DNA of 64,000 nucleotides from Setoptus koraiensis (Eukaryota; Animalia; Arthropoda): NCBI GenBank assembly GCA_048013815.1, contig CM106585.1, positions 6,634,001 to 6,698,000 of the forward strand, read 5' to 3'. Shown piece by piece: positions 61,081 to 64,000 of this stretch (position 1 is its first letter; each line of letters starts with the position of its first letter). The notes under the pieces were generated by a model. It saw only the letters and a program-made list of their open reading frames with translations, ran no database searches and was not told where the DNA came from. The position numbers and the translations under genes were made by a program.

Positions 61081-61616
61081 ACGTTCGTGAAAATGCACAA
61101 AGATTTCGGGACGAGAGAGTTGGAAGAAGATGCGGCCGCGATTAGAAGCTGGTGGGCAGAGTGAGTGAGTGAATGAGTGATAGGGGGCGCGCGCCGACCG
61201 ATGGCCGGCCAAAGCGTTGGCCAAAAGTAGAGCAAAACGATGATTAAGACTGAGAGAAACGATGATTAAGATGAAGAGCTCGCCCTTGCTGTTCGTTTGT
61301 TTGTTTGGCCGTCGTTTGTTGGCCGCTGTTGTGCCAGTGTTATTATGCAATAGCCTATTATGCAATGGCTATTATGCAATAGTCTGGCCACACGCATGTC
61401 ACAATCGACACGCCACAATCGGTGTGTCTCGCCCAGGTAAACTGAAGCCGACATCAATCACCTGTTCAGCACACCTATGCGCGCGCTTGGCCGGCAACGA
61501 GGTGCGATATTGGTTGGGCTGGCCGCCAGCTTGGCCAGCCACTCATCAGCTGATGATCCCGTGCGGTATCGTTGACCTCTCTCTCTCTCTCTCTCTTGCT
61601 CTAACGGGTAACGTAT

Positions 61617-61686
61617 GCGACGCAACTGACGTAGCCAGTGACGCAACTGACGCAACTGACGCAATTGACGCAGCCAATGACGCAAC
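61617..61686. repeat. 9-bp repeat TGACGCAAC (six TGACG)
   Basis: Read directly. Confidence 0.85.
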
Positions 61687-62085
61687 AGGCTACAAATACA
61701 CAGCGGCTTGTGCTAAAACAAACATTGTGCAAGGCCGCCTCATGACGATAATTAATTAAGCGACTCATTATGCATACCACTCTCGATCAGCTGTCGCTGG
61801 CCTCTGTTGGCCGTCGTTGATAGTGGCAGTCGGCAGTGAGTGTTGTGGGCAGTTTGGGCAAGGGTTGGCCGAGAAACTTGTCGAGTCGATGGCCAACTAA
61901 GCGACCAACTAATTAAAGCGGCCCGCTCACACACTGCAAGCGCACACTGCAAATGAGCCACGCTGAACAAACGGAGCAAAATTTGTAATTTAAAAATAAC
62001 GCTAAATTATCATCATCATGATGATCCAATTTAGATTGGCTCGGCCGACTAAACCGTTTGCAGCGCCGCAATCAAGCCAACACAC

Positions 62086-62131
62086 AGCACAGGTGAGCTG
62101 GACACAGGTGAGCTTGGCACAGGTGAGCTGC
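62086..62131. repeat. 15-bp repeat containing CACAGGTGAGCT x3
   Basis: CAGGTG at 62090, 62105 and 62120. Confidence 0.85.
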
Positions 62132-63738
62132 TTGCGAGTGATATTGCGTGTGCTACGGCCATAATCAGCAGATTCGGCCCATTTCGACATTATTTGTTGT
62201 TGTTATAGTTGGACACTGGGCTACAGCGCTGGCCAGTGTGGCTTGCATGAGTGATGCGGTTACGTAAGCGGCTTATTCGTTTAATAACGGTGCTGTCGTG
62301 ACCTTTACTCTAACGTTGTGCCACAGCTATAACGTGGCTATAACTCATAGCACACCCAATATGGCGATTGTTTGTTTGTTTGTTTGTGTCCAGTGGTCCG
62401 CTGGCTATTACACACAACATTGGACAAACTATCATATTTGTACAGTTGGTGTGCGTGTGTGTGTAACAAGTGCATAACGGCGATATAAATAGCAACGGTT
62501 ACGTTGCCATTAAACACACACACACCCATGGAGCTTTGGCTGTTGCGCAACAGCACAGCTGACAGGTCGGCCAGGTCTAAGACAACTGTTACGTAAACGG
62601 CAACTGTCACAGGTTGGCCAAATGACAGGTGAACTTTCTTCACCTGTTAGCGTCGGTTGCTATTGGTTACGACATAAGCATGAGCGACACAAGCACAAGT
62701 GACACAAGCATAAGTGACATGAGCATTGTAAATGTTGCACCGATACCGACTGGCCGATAAACTGTGTCACCACAACCGTCGAACGCCCTGCCAGCTGATG
62801 CCGACTATCAGCTGATGGCGACAATCAGCTGACGGCAACTGTCATCGGCGAGAGTCGGCGACCTGGCGGACGGTGAGGCAAGCGCACTTTTCACATTTGT
62901 TACATTTCGACAGTTGGCTCACTTATTGTGTATCTCTTAAAATTTGAACAAATTCGTTCGTCGGTGCAGCCACTGGACTGCCAGTGACAGAACTGCCAGT
63001 GACTGGGTGACACTGCGCTGATTTATGAAGCGACCCGCGACAAACAAATGGCGACAAGTGTTTGTCAATGGCGCTCACCTGGCTAATTGCGCCGCTGTGT
63101 CAGCTTCTATTACAACGGTATTACGTAATGGAGCAGTGTTGATGTGTATATTTGCGTTGGCTGTTTGGCGCCAATTGCAACGGCGGTCGCCATGGTGACC
63201 CGGTTCATCACTAAGTGTTTTTCTTCTCTCTCTGTCGAGTCTCTTTTCGCTGCCATTGTCAAACTGTCATCTTGCCGCACTGTCCATATCTCACCGTCAT
63301 CGTACCGTCGCCTCATACTCTGTGAATTGCCTGTACAGTCGTTATGATATCACTCACTGGAGCGCCTACGCAACAGCACAATCTGGCCGCCCATGCTGCC
63401 GATGATCGCTAACACTACAATCGCATCTATCGTCAGGTCACTAGCAGATCCATCATTGCTGCTCACCTGTTGCACCGTTGAACGCTGCACCGTTGCACCG
63501 CTGCACCAGCGAGTGAGTCAACTTTCAACGGTCAAATGAGCGATGGCCGATGCTCGATAATGGTCGGTGATCAAGCGAAACTGCCTGCGACACCGGGATA
63601 CACTTGTTGAAAGCCGCTTGCCACTGACCGACACACACTGACAAGGCGAGCTACATGTAACGATTTCATTTAAGATGCAAATTTTATCGGGCGACATGTG
63701 ACGCTGGGCGGCCCTGCAAACTCGCTCGTTCAGCCCAG

Positions 63739-63809
63739 ATAATTTAGACCGAAATAATTTAGACCGAAATAATTCAGACCGAAATAATTTAGACCGAAAT
63801 AATTTAGAC
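63739..63809. repeat. 15-bp tandem repeat AGACCGAAATAATTT x~4.7
   Basis: AGAC at 63746, 63761, 63776, 63791 and 63806. Confidence 0.9.
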
Positions 63810-64000
63810 TATTTGGCTGTGGCGCCAAGATGCCGCCGCGGACGCCGGTGGCCGTCCCGATGACTCTATCCAATAGAGTCTATTGCGGCCATTATTGAGC
63901 TGGCACTAGTTTAGGCTGGCCATTTGTTAGCCATTGGCAAGCGTGCTAATGGCGCTGTTCGAGTTAAAAGTGGACAAATATAAATATAATTTATATATAA

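Noticed and set aside
377-63809. Short repeat arrays as CRISPR
   Set aside because: Units are contiguous without unique spacers, there are no cas genes, and the DNA is eukaryotic
63858-63909. Helitron 3' end (GACTCTA-TCCAA-TAGAGTC hairpin, then CTAG|T)
   Set aside because: The hairpin is AT-rich and too far from CTAG; no 5' TC end or other copies identifiable
1-64000. tRNA, rRNA or spliceosomal snRNA genes
   Set aside because: GTTCGA-type words found (for example 7313, 12191, 63958) lack cloverleaf context; no rRNA or snRNA signatures recognised

Overview
Eukaryotic (metazoan) genomic DNA, probably from an intron-poor arthropod such as an acariform/eriophyoid-type mite (taxon is inference). 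Three zones. (1) 1-34.8 kb: GC/CpG-rich, palindrome- and microsatellite-rich DNA with no protein I can recognise. (2) 34.9-49.3 kb: an AT-richer, tightly packed cluster of almost intronless genes (NPC1, RPL32, COPB2, KANSL3, CIAO2B) plus a tandem duplication carrying two small secreted six-Cys proteins whose mature regions have diverged far more than their non-coding flanks. (3) 49.3-60.9 kb, minus strand: a two-exon, ~3,801-aa class C GPCR with three tandem Venus-flytrap domains, followed by repeat-rich upstream DNA. The two large ORFs in the track (2441 aa and 1401 aa) are one gene joined by a 150-nt GT-AG intron. Most short ORFs in the track look like by-products of GC-rich low-complexity DNA.
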